A stretch of 64,000 bases of DNA from Octopus vulgaris. Taxonomy: Eukaryota. The stretch spans positions 37,944,001-38,008,000 of the forward strand of contig OX597831.1 in assembly GCA_951406725.2 (NCBI GenBank), read 5' to 3'. Shown here piece by piece: positions 1-12,558 of the stretch; position 1 is the stretch's first letter; each line of letters opens with the position of its first letter. The notes beneath the pieces are model-generated. The model was not told where the DNA came from, did no database searches, and saw only the letters and a list, made by a program, of their open reading frames with translations. Position numbers and translations under genes: made by a program.

Positions 1-454
1 TATGAAAATCTTCATGGAGACGCTGATGAAATGTTCTCCACATTTCCAGGGGGACGCTTGCGGTAGGTCTTCCGGGTCGCTCATCGTCTTCCGGGAACGT
101 TCTTTCGATTTTGAAGCTCCTGTGTCACTCGAAATAGTGTGTACGACCCATTACCTCGTCTCTGTAAGCTTACCGTATCAGGCTCAATGTCTCTGTCGCA
201 GACGTCCCATGTTTAACGCAAAATATCACATTGACTCTTTCTTGCAACTTTCTGTACGTACCAAGATCGCAGACTGCCATATACACATGATCTCAAAAAC
301 ACAAATTCCACAACTTGCGAAGGAGACACAGCGACTCCTCTCTTCCCACTGAAGCATGATGGTTACTTCTAGATTTCACTGGGCACAAACCGTGTGCTGC
401 CATCTATCGGCGCGCTACAGAACTAGTCTGAGAAGTTTTGGATATTACTTCGTA
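1..454 (-). mobile_element. Mariner-type DNA transposon, 5' end (TIR plus decayed transposase N-terminus), continues beyond window start
   Basis: Minus-strand translation LQERVNVIFCVKHGTSATETLSLIR*AYRDEVMGRTHYFE*HRSFKIERTFPEDDERPGRPT matches the mariner HTH region and ED..R.GRP motif, with in-frame stops. The end reads TA-CGAAGTAATATCCAAAACTTCTCAGACTAG..AGATGGCAGCAC, a mariner-like TIR at a TA site. Confidence 0.85.
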
Positions 455-1512
455 CAACAAGAAAACGTTTATGTAATGAACAATTCATAAACACACAGTT
501 CTAACTGCATCCATAAAATAACAGAACCAGTAACAGACTCCAAACTCTGCAAACTACAAAACTTTTAATTTTGTGCCAATTTGTCTACAGCAAGAATTGT
601 CTACTAAAAGCTAAAATATTGGCGATAGAACTTTCGCTAAGATAATTTAATTTGTAAATGTCAAATAATTATTTCATTATGGACATTTATTTCGTAATTA
701 GAAATAGTACAGCAATCAATAATTTTCTGCTACGAATTTGTGTCTATGAACAGTATTTCATTAAGTATATATTTTTGAAACTGCTAGTTTTCTTTTTCAT
801 TTTTTTTTTCTTCAATAATATGCTTTTTCTGACGGCATTCTTTTTGACGTGATAAAGTTAAACAAAAATATCTGAAGATCAGTGTGTGGTAATGATTACA
901 TGAAAGTTATTCATATTACTGGTGTTTTACATCTGATCAAACCTGAGAGACTAGATCTATGAGGAAAAGCTTTCAGATCGTCATTGTCTGGTCTTTTAAA
1001 GTGTACATCAGACTACATGTGTCAATGTCACTTCATTACTCAGAAGTGGCGTGTGGAAGGTGTGTGAGTTCTTCTTGTTGTGTCTGGTCAGAGAAACCAT
1101 TTTGTGAGATAATTCTCTCATATTTCTAATGGAATGGAAAGAAGAATATACCTAAGTCACAACTTTCTGGAGGACATAAAATGAACGAATGAAATATAGC
1201 CATAGCTTCACGTAAGCTAATATGCTTAAAATCTTCCCTTTGCCAGTACGTAACCCCAACTTAGATCCTTGTGAGACAATAACAAATCAATATTCATCGA
1301 ATTTTCTAATAATTTGAACTAATAAAAAGTGCTTTGTTGGCTACGGTGTTTGTTTGTAAGCAACAGAGAGAGAGAGAGAAAGAGAGAGAAAGAGAGAATG
1401 AGAGAGAAGGAGCGAAAGAGAGAAAGAGAGCGAGAGATTACTCTATGGCTGTGTCTGTGTTGCTCTGTGCCAGTTTAACACAGCGCAATTAGTATCGAAT
1501 GTCACGCCTAAA

Positions 1513-1920
1513 AAGGCGACGAGCATGCAGAAACTTTACCACGCCGGGCGAAATGCGTAGCCGTGTTTCGTCTGCCGTTACATTCTGAGTTCAAATTCCG
1601 CCGAGGTCAACTTTGCCTTTCATGCTTTCGGAGGTGATTAAATAAGTTACGCACTGGGGTCGATGTAATGGACTTAATCCGTTTGTCTGTCTTTGTTTGT
1701 CCCCTCTGTGTTTAGCCCCTTGTGGATAGTAAAGAAATAGGCATTTCGTCTGCCGTTACGTTCTGAGTTCAAATTCCGCCGAGGTCAACTTTGCCTTTCA
1801 TCCTTCCGGGGTCGATTAAATAAGTACCATTTATGTACTAATGATCGATGTAATTGACTTAATCCCTTTGTCCGTGTTTGTCCCCTCTATGTTTAGTCCC
1901 CCGTGGACAATAAAGACATA
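1513..1920 (+). mobile_element. tRNA-derived SINE family A, dimeric copy (head plus two body/tail units)
   Basis: AAGGCG..GAGC head, GAGTTCAAATTCC B-box-like motif, GCCTTTCATCCTTTCGGGGTCGAT core and GTAAAGAAATA tail. The second unit starts at ~1740. Confidence 0.85.
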
Positions 1921-2927
1921 GATACATTACGCTTAAAGCTAACTCAGACATTCCGAAGAAACAAATTAAAAAATACCAAATAAGTATTTTGCTATGACAC
2001 TCTCGATATACGAATATCAGTAGAATGGGAGCAAAATCACTTTTGCCGTTTACATAGATTCCTTTATATTTTTAGTTCAAATCCCTCCAAAATTGATTGG
2101 CATTTCATATATGTAGTTTCCATAATATGTTTAACAATGAAATACTGGTGTTCGTTTAAACGACTATTGCTTACTTCTTCAATCTTTACACTCTGCCTAA
2201 GTTACAATTGTTTACATATTTTAAATTCATCCGTTAATGCTAAAAGAATAGAATTTAAGCCAAGTCACGTAATTGATCGACAGAATAAACTGCTCCTTAT
2301 TTCCAAATTCATTGCATTCTATTATGCAGAAAATTTTATGAAACTCTTATTAAATGCTTATTAAATTCTTCCTTCATCGACCAATAAAGAAGGTACTACT
2401 CGTGCATTAATCGACATCAAATACACTCCTCTCTCTTGCAATATTTGATGTGTTTTAGCAATGTTAAAAGTCGTTGCACTGGTATATTCAGCTATTATTT
2501 CCGCCCGTGATCAATAAATAATCAATAGTTAAACTTTTGTATTCGATTGTGCGCTTCTCTCTATATTTTTGACATTAGTGCTCGATAAGCCATTAAACCG
2601 CATCCGTGGTAATGTAGGGAAATTGTAGGGACATGGAGTTACTTCATACCCATCACCATGCACACGTTTTCAGCTACGTTTTCAAGACAAAGGTTTCTAA
2701 GATGGCAATGAGACAAACATAATAGGAAGGACAAAATCCTGCGAATATGTTATTGATATTCGCCTTGGTCTCTATGAACTGGTGCATGAATATATTAATG
2801 TATAAGCGCCTAAATATATGTGCATATGTGCGCATGTACTTGCAAAAATACAAACACGAAACATAATTATCACTCCCTCTCTCCCTCGCTTTCTATATAC
2901 ATATGAGTGTGTGTGTATGTGTATACA

Positions 2928-3031
2928 CGCTTAGATATATACAAACAGAAGAAAACGTTTCGCATACTGCATATATATGCACATACAAGTATGTATGTAT
3001 ATATATATATATATCTATGTATGTATATATG

Positions 3032-3119
<88 letters not shown>

Positions 3120-3130
3120 CTATATAGAGA
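2928..3130. repeat. Compound (TA)n/(TG)n microsatellite
   Basis: Direct reading; it explains the YIYI/CVCV ORFs. Confidence 0.95.
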
Positions 3131-3316
3131 GCAATAAGAAAATGGATGGGATCAATAGCTGATTTATCATTATATTATGTCAATATTTACTAAAATGACA
3201 ATTACAAGAATATACATACATATATAACATATGCTTTACATATAAAATATAAAATATATTAATATTTAAAGATACAAGTAATTATTACAATATAACATAC
3301 ATGAATATAAATTGAG

Positions 3317-3450
3317 AAAATAACTTACAGCTGTTTCAGCCAAGAGGCAAAAATACCTCATTCTACCTTCATTACTCCAGTAGACTGAAGTAAGAAGTCG
3401 ATGAAATTGAGGTACTTGGGTGTTTCTCTAGGCTTCGTCAGAGATATTTT
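3317..3450 (-). ncRNA. Type I hammerhead ribozyme, core intact, extended stem II (Penelope/retrozyme-like)
   Basis: Minus strand: aaaatatct CTGACGA AGCC...GGCT GAAAC agct GTA agttatttt. Stem I pairs 8/9 bp, stem III lies in the palindrome ACAGCTGT, and the cleavage triplet is GUA. Confidence 0.75.
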
Positions 3451-4319
3451 AAAGTACATAAGTTTAAGATATAAATAAATATAAAAATAAAATGAATAAA
3501 AATACGCATACATTTAAATACTTATACATATATTTCGTGCATGCAACTCATATATAAATATACATCGTAAGAAGTGCACACATGCTGTATTCCTAACAAC
3601 TAACATTAAAAAGACATTAATTACACGAGTTAGATACGACCTTCAACACTCACAACTCCATCAGAATTAAATCTCGTCTGAATTCACCGTCTCCAACCCC
3701 TGAGAAAGGAAGACAAAAAATGATACCAGTATATCATGACTGTTATTATTTATACATGCACAGCCATTGTATTTCCGGAAAATTACCTACATAAATTTAA
3801 GAAAAGAATACAACTAAAAAATAATTTTTGTCACATGTTTATTTCGACATAGTAGTGAATCAAATTGCAACCTAATTAATATTTTTTGTTTTTCTTATTG
3901 ATATTCCCAAAATAGAACCTATGTCAGAAGGTTGAAAATGTAATATTCTGATTTTGATAATAAATGAAGTGTTTAGCATTTGTATGTTTTCCGAAAGCTG
4001 TCTTGTTTCAAGTGAATAATTATCAAATTGCTTCCGAATAGTCAATGTGAAATATTATATGTATGAACGATAAATCATGTCAGTCTACCATCCAAGCACG
4101 ATGCTACACACACAAACACACACACACGCATACACACACCCATGCACTCACGCACGCACACGCACTCGCACTCAAACACACATACATACACACAGTTACT
4201 TGCGTGCCTGACTGAGTGGGCAAGTGCATAGCTTCCTACAATTACATACTGAAATGGGCGCCCAGTGAGACGTGTAAATATGGTTTCAGATATTCGTAAA
4301 AGGGCCAAGTTCTCACGGC

Positions 4320-4749
4320 GGCGCTAATCGATTACATCGACTCACAGAGCTCAACTGGTACTTATTTTATCGACCCTCGAGAGGATGAAAGGCAAAGTCG
4401 ACAGCGGTGGAATTTGAACTAAGCACGTAAACACGGTCGAATTGCCCCTTAGCATTTTGCCCGGAGTGCTTACGATTCTGCCAGTTCACCGCCAAACAGC
4501 GTTACGGGTAACAATGATTAATGTGAATAATAGTAATCCTTTCTAATATAGGCGCAAGGCCTGAAATTTGGGGGGAAACAAATAGTCGATTTCATCGAAC
4601 CCAGTGTTTTAATAGTATTTAATCTTTCGACTCCGAAAGGATGAAGGGAAAAGTCGACATCAGCGGAATTTGAACTTAAAACGTAGCGACGAGCGAAATA
4701 CCGCTAAACATTTTGTCCAGAAAGCTAACGATTTTGCCAGCCCGCCGCC

Positions 4750-4783
<34 letters not shown>

Positions 4784-5030
4784 TAATAATAATGATAATA
4801 ATAATGATAATAATAATAATCTTTTCTACTGCAGGTACAAGGTCTGAAATTTTGGGGAATAGGACAAATTGATTACATCGACCCCAATGTTTCACTGGTA
4901 CTTAGTCTCTCGACTAATAAAGAATAAAAGGCAGAGTTGACCTAGGCGGAATTTGAATTCAGAACGTAGCGACGGACGAAGTACCGCTAAGCACTTCGCC
5001 CTGCGTCCTAACGGGCCTGTCAGCTCAGTA
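4320..5030 (-). mobile_element. Cluster of three older SINE family A copies with an intervening (AAT)n tract (4752-4820)
   Basis: Three repeats of ATCGACCC..GGATGAAAGGCAAAGTCGAC..GGAATTTGAAC at ~4370, ~4630 and ~4910. Confidence 0.8.
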
Positions 5031-5312
5031 ATGTCTTAAAGTCTAACTAACCACAAGCTAGACTGAAGTTAAAATTTGTAGATGCTTCCCGCGACTTAAA
5101 TTTCTACAGGTACGAGCCCTATCACGATGTTGTCGAAACTATGGTACTTTTATTTGAGCTCACATCACCTGTGTCCGATCAACAAAAGCTCTGTGAGTGT
5201 AATTTAGCAAAAGAGAAACTTGGCGAAGGCCGGCTGAAGGCAGCCGTCCTCCTTCTCTAGCTTTTGAAATATACAACTTCGTTCCCGCAAATTTTGAACT
5301 GTAGGCTCTATA

Positions 5313-5527
5313 TATTTCTTTACTACCCACAAGGGGCTAAACACAGAGGGGACAAACAAGGACAGACAAACGGATTAAGTCGACTACATCGACCCCAGTG
5401 CGTAACTGGTACTTAATTTATCGACCCCGAAAGGATGATGGGCAAAGTCGACCTCGGCGGAATTTGAACTCGGAACGTAACGACAGACGAAAAACGGCTA
5501 CGAATTTCGCCCGGCGTGCTAACGTTT
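5313..5527 (-). mobile_element. Young, slightly 5'-truncated SINE family A copy with 15-bp TSD
   Basis: Near-identical to the 62292-62524 copy. Flanked by ACTGTAGGCTCTATA (5298-5312) and ACTGTAGGCTATATA (5528-5542). Confidence 0.9.
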
Positions 5528-5585
5528 ACTGTAGGCTATATATCTAGCCTCAGAAATTGTCCTTTCTTTCTGGTAATAAGTATAC

Positions 5586-6090
5586 GCAGGAATGGCTGTG
5601 CGTGTGGTTAAGAAGGTTGCTTTGTAATGACGCATATCGGGTTCAGTCCCACTGCGTAATTCCTTGCTCCGGACTAGCCATAGCTTGCCAGTGTATTTTC
5701 TAGGCGGAGACTGCGTGAAAGTCGCTCATGCTTTCACACAGAAACATAAACGCACGGATGCGCGCTTACACATACAAGCATACACACAAATATATTTGCA
5801 TATGTCTATGTGTGTGTGTTTCTGAGTCTATATTTATCACACACACATACACCCCTACCAGTTGACAGTCGCAGATGGTTTATTTTCTATCCTCGTAAAT
5901 TAGCAGTCTGGGAGAAGTGATCAATATTGTATGTACCAGACTTAAGATATTAGAACAAAATTAGTACCCAGATCGATCTGTTGGACTTTGCTAGTCTGTT
6001 GGACCTTACTAGTCGTAAATTAGCTGCCCTTCAAAGCAGTGCCCCACTTTGGGGAAAGTGCAATGAGCGAATCAATAAAGGGTAAGGGAT
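5586..6090 (+). mobile_element. Degenerate SINE family B copy
   Basis: GCAGGAATGGCTGTG..GGTTAAGAAG head and GGGTTCAGTCCCACTGCGT. The 3' part resembles 31400-31567. Confidence 0.65.
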
Positions 6091-6339
6091 AAATAACTTT
6101 AAAATATTCATACATTCTGTCAAATAAACCAAAAGGAAGAACGACGAAGACACGTCTGTGAAGTGCTCAGCCACACGTTAATGTTACGAGCAAGCTGTTT
6201 AGTTTATCTGATCGAGTGGCCGTCGTGACTGACAGTGATAGTGCCTGTGATACATGACATGTATGTATAGAAATGTGTATCTATCTATTTACACGCACGC
6301 ACACACATACATACACACACACATACACACACCTACACA

Positions 6340-6419
<80 letters not shown>

Positions 6420-6963
6420 CTGTTAACCCAACTGCCTTTACGAAGTTCCTGCAATAAACCTTCGGATAACAACCGGTAATCGCATCTGTGGCGGAACTTT
6501 ACTCATCATCTATTTATACATTTTGTACAATTTCTCCATTATGTGTGTGTGTGTGTGTGTGTAGGACAATCTATTACTTCTAGTAAAGTAAGGAATGGAA
6601 AACTTTTTTTAAATATTGCAGCAAAGAATGCCACTTCTTCTAATTTATCACTCTTTACATTCCTCATCTTTTAAATTTATTGTACAAAACTGTTCAGCTA
6701 ATTTGTAAGTTTTTCTAATTAGTCACTTTTTCTGTATTTAAGTTAGTAAATTAGCCAAATTCTATTTAAATAAGTATAGTGTTATTTGTAAACTATAATA
6801 AAATCAGTTTTAATATTCGAATTTTAATTTTAGCTGCAATATCTTAAGTAAAAAGTTTCTTATTTTTTACTTTACTGGAAGTAATAGCTTGTCCTATACT
6901 TTTAAAGTTGTAATAACTTGTCATGTACTTAAGAATATGCCTTTTCATGCTCGTATTTTCTCT

Positions 6964-7090
6964 GGATGCGATATTTTGTAATTGTGATATTGAAAGCTAA
7001 CTATAGTGACTTAGTGATAGCTCAGTTTTTAAAAGTCATCGGATCTTTCTTTAAACATTTCGCAAGAAGGAGCTAGAAACTTCAGATTGA
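6964..7090 (+). repeat. 127-bp direct duplicate of 8488-8614
   Basis: Same sequence with 4 substitutions by eye. Confidence 0.9.
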
Positions 7091-7277
7091 TTTTTCCGGG
7101 CATTGCTGTTATAAGATAATTAATAAAGTGTCAATTAATAATTTAAGATTTTATCTTATAAAATACTGAAAGTTAGTATTTCAATTTTTCCATGTAAGTC
7201 ATGATAATATTTCAAATTAACACTATGTTTTAAAAAAATCAATTAAATAATCTCTATGTCTAATTGAATAGATCCAA

Positions 7278-7574
7278 AATGGATGAAAGGCAAAGTCGAC
7301 CTCAACAGAATTTAAACTCAGAACGTAAAGATAGATGAAATACCGCTTCTAAAATACAAGAGTTTGTCAAACACGTTAAGAATAAACCTTGACCTATGTG
7401 ATATATACTACCAGTATCGGAACTTTGAAAGTGTTTAGTTAAAAATAAATAATTACATAATCTGTACGTCGAAGTCGACCTCGGCGAAATTTGAACTCAA
7501 AAGACGTAAAGACCTACGAAATACCGTCAAAAATCTCGCCGCGGGTGTTGACGCTTCTGCCAGCTCGCCGCCTT
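7278..7574 (-). mobile_element. Two SINE family A fragments (7278-7348, 7472-7574)
   Basis: AAGTCGACCTC..GAATTT.AACTCA and GCCAGCTCGCCGCCTT head sequence. Confidence 0.7.
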
Positions 7575-8045
7575 ACAGAATAAGTGTTCATTTTAGACAT
7601 ATATTCTTTATTCTTATTGCTAAAGGGTTACTCCCTGCCTTATCACTAACATAAACTTTCGTAACATTTTACCTCATTACTTTTTTCTACTAATTTCTGT
7701 TTGATGCGGCGCGAGATTCTGAATTCCTCATGCATTTTTTTATCATTTAAACCTAAGAAAGATATACATTTAATTAAAATTTTAAAAAATTATGTTAATG
7801 GAAGACGAACATCTGCCTTGGCATCTCCCCTGAGGTCGCAGATATTTTGATGTAACTCTTTTCTACTGCCACAATTATCAAACTATTCCTGCAAAGTGTA
7901 GCTGAAGAGGTGTCTTCTTTAAACGTATTGACAGTTTGCAATTTAGTTAAGAACAGAATTTGTGGTACAGTTTGGGAGCTGCTACGATTGACGGAATGGT
8001 GGACTTAAGAATACTTTCAACTACGGTAGTGGTTGAATGTATTCT

Positions 8046-8139
<94 letters not shown>

Positions 8140-8299
8140 TCAAGCATATAATGGATGGCCATAATAGGACATTATTGCCATCCCTTATATGTTTGAAAGT
8201 ATATTACATAGTCTATTGACTATTTTATCTTTCTCACTTGACCGCTGGTAGCGGAAACTTTTTCTAAAATTTTTTGCTACCCTAAAATTTATTAATTAT

Positions 8300-8335
<36 letters not shown>

Positions 8336-8439
8336 TGTGTATGTGCATGTATGCATGCGTGTATGTGTCCAGAGGTCGAATGCTATATGAGAACATGAAC
8401 ATTATTTAGTTATTGCTGCATTGAAATTAACATCACAAT

Positions 8440-9594
8440 TGATGTATCAGAAAATAATAACGGTAGGCATTCAAGTTACTCAAGAAAGGATGCGGTATCT
8501 TGTAATTGTGATCTTGAAAGCTAACTATAGTGACTTAGTGATAGCTCAATTTTTAAAAGTCATCGGATCTTTCTTTAAACATTTCGCAAGAAGGAGCTAG
8601 AAACTTCAGATTGAATTGTTTCACCAGTATCGAAATGTAGAAAGAATTTCCAACGCTTCACCCACTTTTATTCAACAACGTCATCAGATCATTGGCGGAA
8701 ATAGTAGAAAATCCATGAGTTCAATTGCAAAACGTCTCCATTATCAGAAAGAACAGTCAGATATGATGTCCACGAAGATAATTGGAACAAGTATTATATG
8801 ACATAGAGAGGACAATTCATGTCAGAAGAATAAAAGCAAAGGAACATCGTTTGATCAGACTTAAAATGTTTTTAAATAAATGTAAAACCTAGGGTTACTT
8901 AAGATTATTTAGATTTTCCCAGATGAGAAAGCATCGTCCAGTACCAGAGATTAACAAAAAAAAAATGACGGGTGGTTACATTCAGACCCTTCTGAAATTC
9001 CAACAGTTATGCTAAGAAAATTTCCTTGAACTCCACAGAACTTGGAGCTGTGTGTATTGAAGAATATGTGATGCGTCTCCACCTCATTCCACAAGGCCTT
9101 AAAATTAACTCTGATGGCTATATTGAGGTCTTGGAAACAGATACCAAATCCAATTAGATCGGGTACGCAATGGAAGGTTGTACATGTTTCAGCAGGTGTC
9201 CGCACCATCACACAAGGCTCAAGCGACCTAATGTGGATAGACGACAATTTTCATGACCATATATCCCCTATCATTTGCCCTCCGAATCCGCCATATCTTG
9301 ATCCAATGTACTTCTACTTCTGGAGGGCTGTTGAGAGAGAAGCTAAGCAACATCCTCACAACACCAAGGATTCTTTGAAAGCCGCGATATTGGAAGCAAT
9401 GTCCGATATGAACCAGGATCATTTAATTGGCGCATGAATTAGTTGTTGTTGAGGCTGAAGGTGACTACATCGAGTAACAATACGAAGAAAATAATCTACT
9501 TTATTTGTACAATTTCATTATTAAGTGACCTGTTATTATACGTACGTTTTTCTAAAACAACAAATTTGTCATCAGATACTTTATGCCCCATCTA
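8440..9594 (+). mobile_element. Decayed DD37D (maT-type) Tc1/mariner-superfamily transposon
   Basis: FQQ(V)SAPSHK...CPPNPPYLDPM(Y)FYFW is a degenerate FQQD...WPPNSPDLNPMDY..W, with 37 residues between the two catalytic positions allowing one frameshift. A candidate right TIR lies at ~9570-9594. Confidence 0.7.
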
Positions 9595-10849
9595 TATATA
9601 TATATGTGTATATCTTTTTGAACATGTGAACGTTTGAGAGTGCGTGTATGCGTGTGTGTTTATATATATAATTGAGGTAACTAGCTGGCCTGTCACTCTC
9701 TCTATATATATTTATGTTCATACATTCACATCCTAAACTGCAATGTCGTGTTATTAAATATTATGCTACTGAATATAAATATGTATATCTATTTATTCCC
9801 GATGGTGGTGTTGGTGGTGGCGGTGGAGATTGCTGTGCGGTTAGTATGGACAGTTGTGTTGGTGTTGTAGTTGTTGTTGGTAGGGGTGTTGTTTTTGGTG
9901 GTGGTGGTGGTAGTGATGGTGAGGACGTGTGAGCAAATAGGTATTTATTGATGGAGAGAAGAGCGAGAAATTTAAAACTCAAGAGATAATCATTATAACA
10001 CCTTTCCTAAACCTGAACAGTTACAAGATTCCAGAGGAAAATAATATATAGGAGAAACAAGAAATTGTACAGTGATCAACAACTACAACATAACGTCATA
10101 AATGCAACACTGTCATCAACAACAATGATATACCATCATTAGAGCCAACAACACCATACAATATTTATCTTTCGTTTTAACCAACAAAATTTTAAACCTT
10201 TTTTTTTATACGGTGTAATGTATTTTTAGTTTGTTTTATTTTTTTTTCTTTCCGCAGTTGTTATACGTAAATATGATAAACGAATATTGAGAAATACAAT
10301 GTGTTAGTCATTCGATTAATCTTAACTGAGAAATTTATATTTATTCAGAAAGTTCTTTTTGTTTCTATATTGCGTAAATTCAAAATATAAATTAAAAATT
10401 TAAAATAAGTCACGCCACTTCGCACTTAATCCATTTACATCTTTGCATAATATACACATTACACTCATACATTTTAGACGTTTTAGGTTTTAGGAGGATT
10501 ATGGTGTGCAATTCCCTGTAATAATATTGTTAAATAACACCACAATATACTAATGAAATATTTATATAAATCAAATTATTAATTTTAAGTCAGAAAAGTG
10601 AAATGAACTTTCTACAGTAACTGACAGTATTTATAAATTGACTGCTAGGTAAACCATCACTGACATTTCAACCATTGAATTATCACAAAATGTTATTTGT
10701 ATTGTCTAACGGTATTGATCTGCAAATCATATTAATTAATTTCAAACCCCTGTAATATATATGACTTTAGAATGATTTTCTATCATTTCTATAATGTACA
10801 ATGATTGCCTGAAATGGTTGACTCTATACCGTGTATCTACTTCAATTTA

Positions 10850-11250
10850 GGTGCTTCCGCGTCGGGTAACGCATAAAAACGGTCAAAGTACTTCAGTACA
10901 CTGAAGGATCGAACAGTATCCTTTCTCTCCACAGTCCCATCGTAGGTTTACCAGCTGAAGGTTTCTGTCAATCATCTAGCGCCAGCTCATCTTGGAACGA
11001 CCCTTGCACTGTTGCCCCTGATAGGTTCCATTTAAGGACTTGGGTCTCGATCTGTTCATCGAAGAACCGTGTGACGCGTCCCGACCAACTCAGTCGGCGC
11101 TTGAAGATGTTGATAGACACAAGGCAATGATCTGCTCGACTTCTCACTTACTCGTTGTAGATAAACTCGTTCCATTTTATACTCGGTATATTTCTGAAGC
11201 ATCAGTTGCCAAAAACATCCAGCTTTTTTTTTATTGGTATTCAAGTGTCA
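10850..11250 (-). mobile_element. RTE-clade LINE 3' fragment
   Basis: Minus translation KKLDVFGN*CFRNIPSIKWNEFIYNE*VR...KRRLSWSGRVTR...QVLKW resembles the RTE C-terminal RRLRW.GHV.R region. Confidence 0.65.
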
Positions 11251-11579
11251 TCTTTCACATAATTATATAATACTTTAAATCACAATGAAGAACCTTTATC
11301 ACTTCAGTAATAAATGCACTCATTCTATGAGAAATTTTTAAAAAGACGTATCTTTGGAGTATCTTTGGAATTATATTGAACTATACCTCTCACAAAATAC
11401 ATCATACACAAATCTCCTCACTTTAGCTATTTTTTTCAAAAAAAATTCACATGTAAACATTGAAATTTCGTGGTCATCACCATCACTAGTTCCATATCCC
11501 TCTGAGGTTTTCAATTGTTACTTCAGGACATGAAAATTGTAAGTGGTAATTCTACCTCATTGTTGTTTTGATGCATAAA

Positions 11580-12122
11580 TGACTGATGCATCCGGACACA
11601 TCTTCAGTGATCTGCCTGGTATCATCGCGTGTTTCGGGTCTCTCAACATCGTACACCCTTCTCCAGGCGACACAGCTAGGGTTGATCAAACCCCAGTTTG
11701 TGTCCAATCAGCCAGCTAGCTAACCCATGCCTCTCCTCTTTTGATCCACAGCCATTTGTGGCCCTCTCTGCCGCATCATTGGTACTGCGGATGGCCTTCC
11801 TTCACACTCTCTCGATGCCCAAACTGCTGAAGGCTCTGGTGAAGGAACTGACTGTGAAACCCCTACATTCCACCTCCACTGGGAGACATCTCGCTCTCCA
11901 GCCAGCCAGCTGGCAGTTACTAAGCAGACCCGCTTACTTGCACAGCTTTATTTCAAAAGCTTCTTCTAGGCAAGCTTCCCATGGTTCAGTCAGCTCCAGC
12001 AGCACCACTTGCTTGGTGGAGTCAAACACGAGAACAGCGTCCAGTCGCAGGGTGATGAACGCAATGTGGCCAGGGAACTTCAACTGACGCTCAACATCCA
12101 TCAATAGCTGCCAATCTCGACT
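11580..12122 (-). mobile_element. HERO/R2-superfamily non-LTR retrotransposon 3' fragment (restriction-like endonuclease domain plus 3' UTR)
   Basis: Minus translation DWQLLMDVERQLKFPGHIAFITLRLDAVLVFDSTKQVVLLELTEPWE..LEEAFE.KL.K*..L...C..AGWRARCLPVEVECRGF is a degenerate RPD...LLELTVPWE RLE motif. Confidence 0.8.
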
Positions 12123-12313
12123 TTAAATCTTGCCACTCTTCCCACCCTAAAACGAAAATTATAAGTGGTAACACTATCACAGAAACTACCAATTTCTAAT
12201 AACACGTCAATCTCTGTAATTGAAGTCCTTGGGATTATAAAGTAGAATCACGATTTAAAGAACTAAATATTATCAATTTAGAAACAAATAATAGCAAATT
12301 TATATATATATAT

Positions 12314-12509
12314 ATGGGGGAAGAATTCATAAAAAAACACAAAATACGAAGACAGGTGGTGTAGACAACAAACACATGTATTAATACAACGCTCGGGAAG
12401 TAAGAAAAAGTCTTCAACGTTTCGAGCCTACGCTCTTCCACAGAAATGAACACGGAAAGAAACAAGGATAGAAAATACGGAAGGCGTAGTGGGTAGCGAT
12501 CTATCATGG

Positions 12510-12510
<1 letters not shown>
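12314..12510 (-). mobile_element. Penelope-like terminal-repeat fragment with degenerate hammerhead motif (12412-12446)
   Basis: Minus strand CTGTGGA a GAGC gtag GCTC GAAAC GTT, embedded between (TA)n tracts. Confidence 0.5.

Positions 12511-12558
<48 letters not shown>

Noticed and set aside
2-352. 116-aa plus-strand ORF
   Set aside because: Antisense to the decayed mariner transposase on the minus strand.
9761-9982. Pro/Thr-rich (extensin/mucin-like) ORF
   Set aside because: Derived from a GGT/GTT low-complexity tract, with no splice or domain support.
11698-12087. 129-aa plus-strand ORF
   Set aside because: Antisense shadow of the HERO-type endonuclease fragment.
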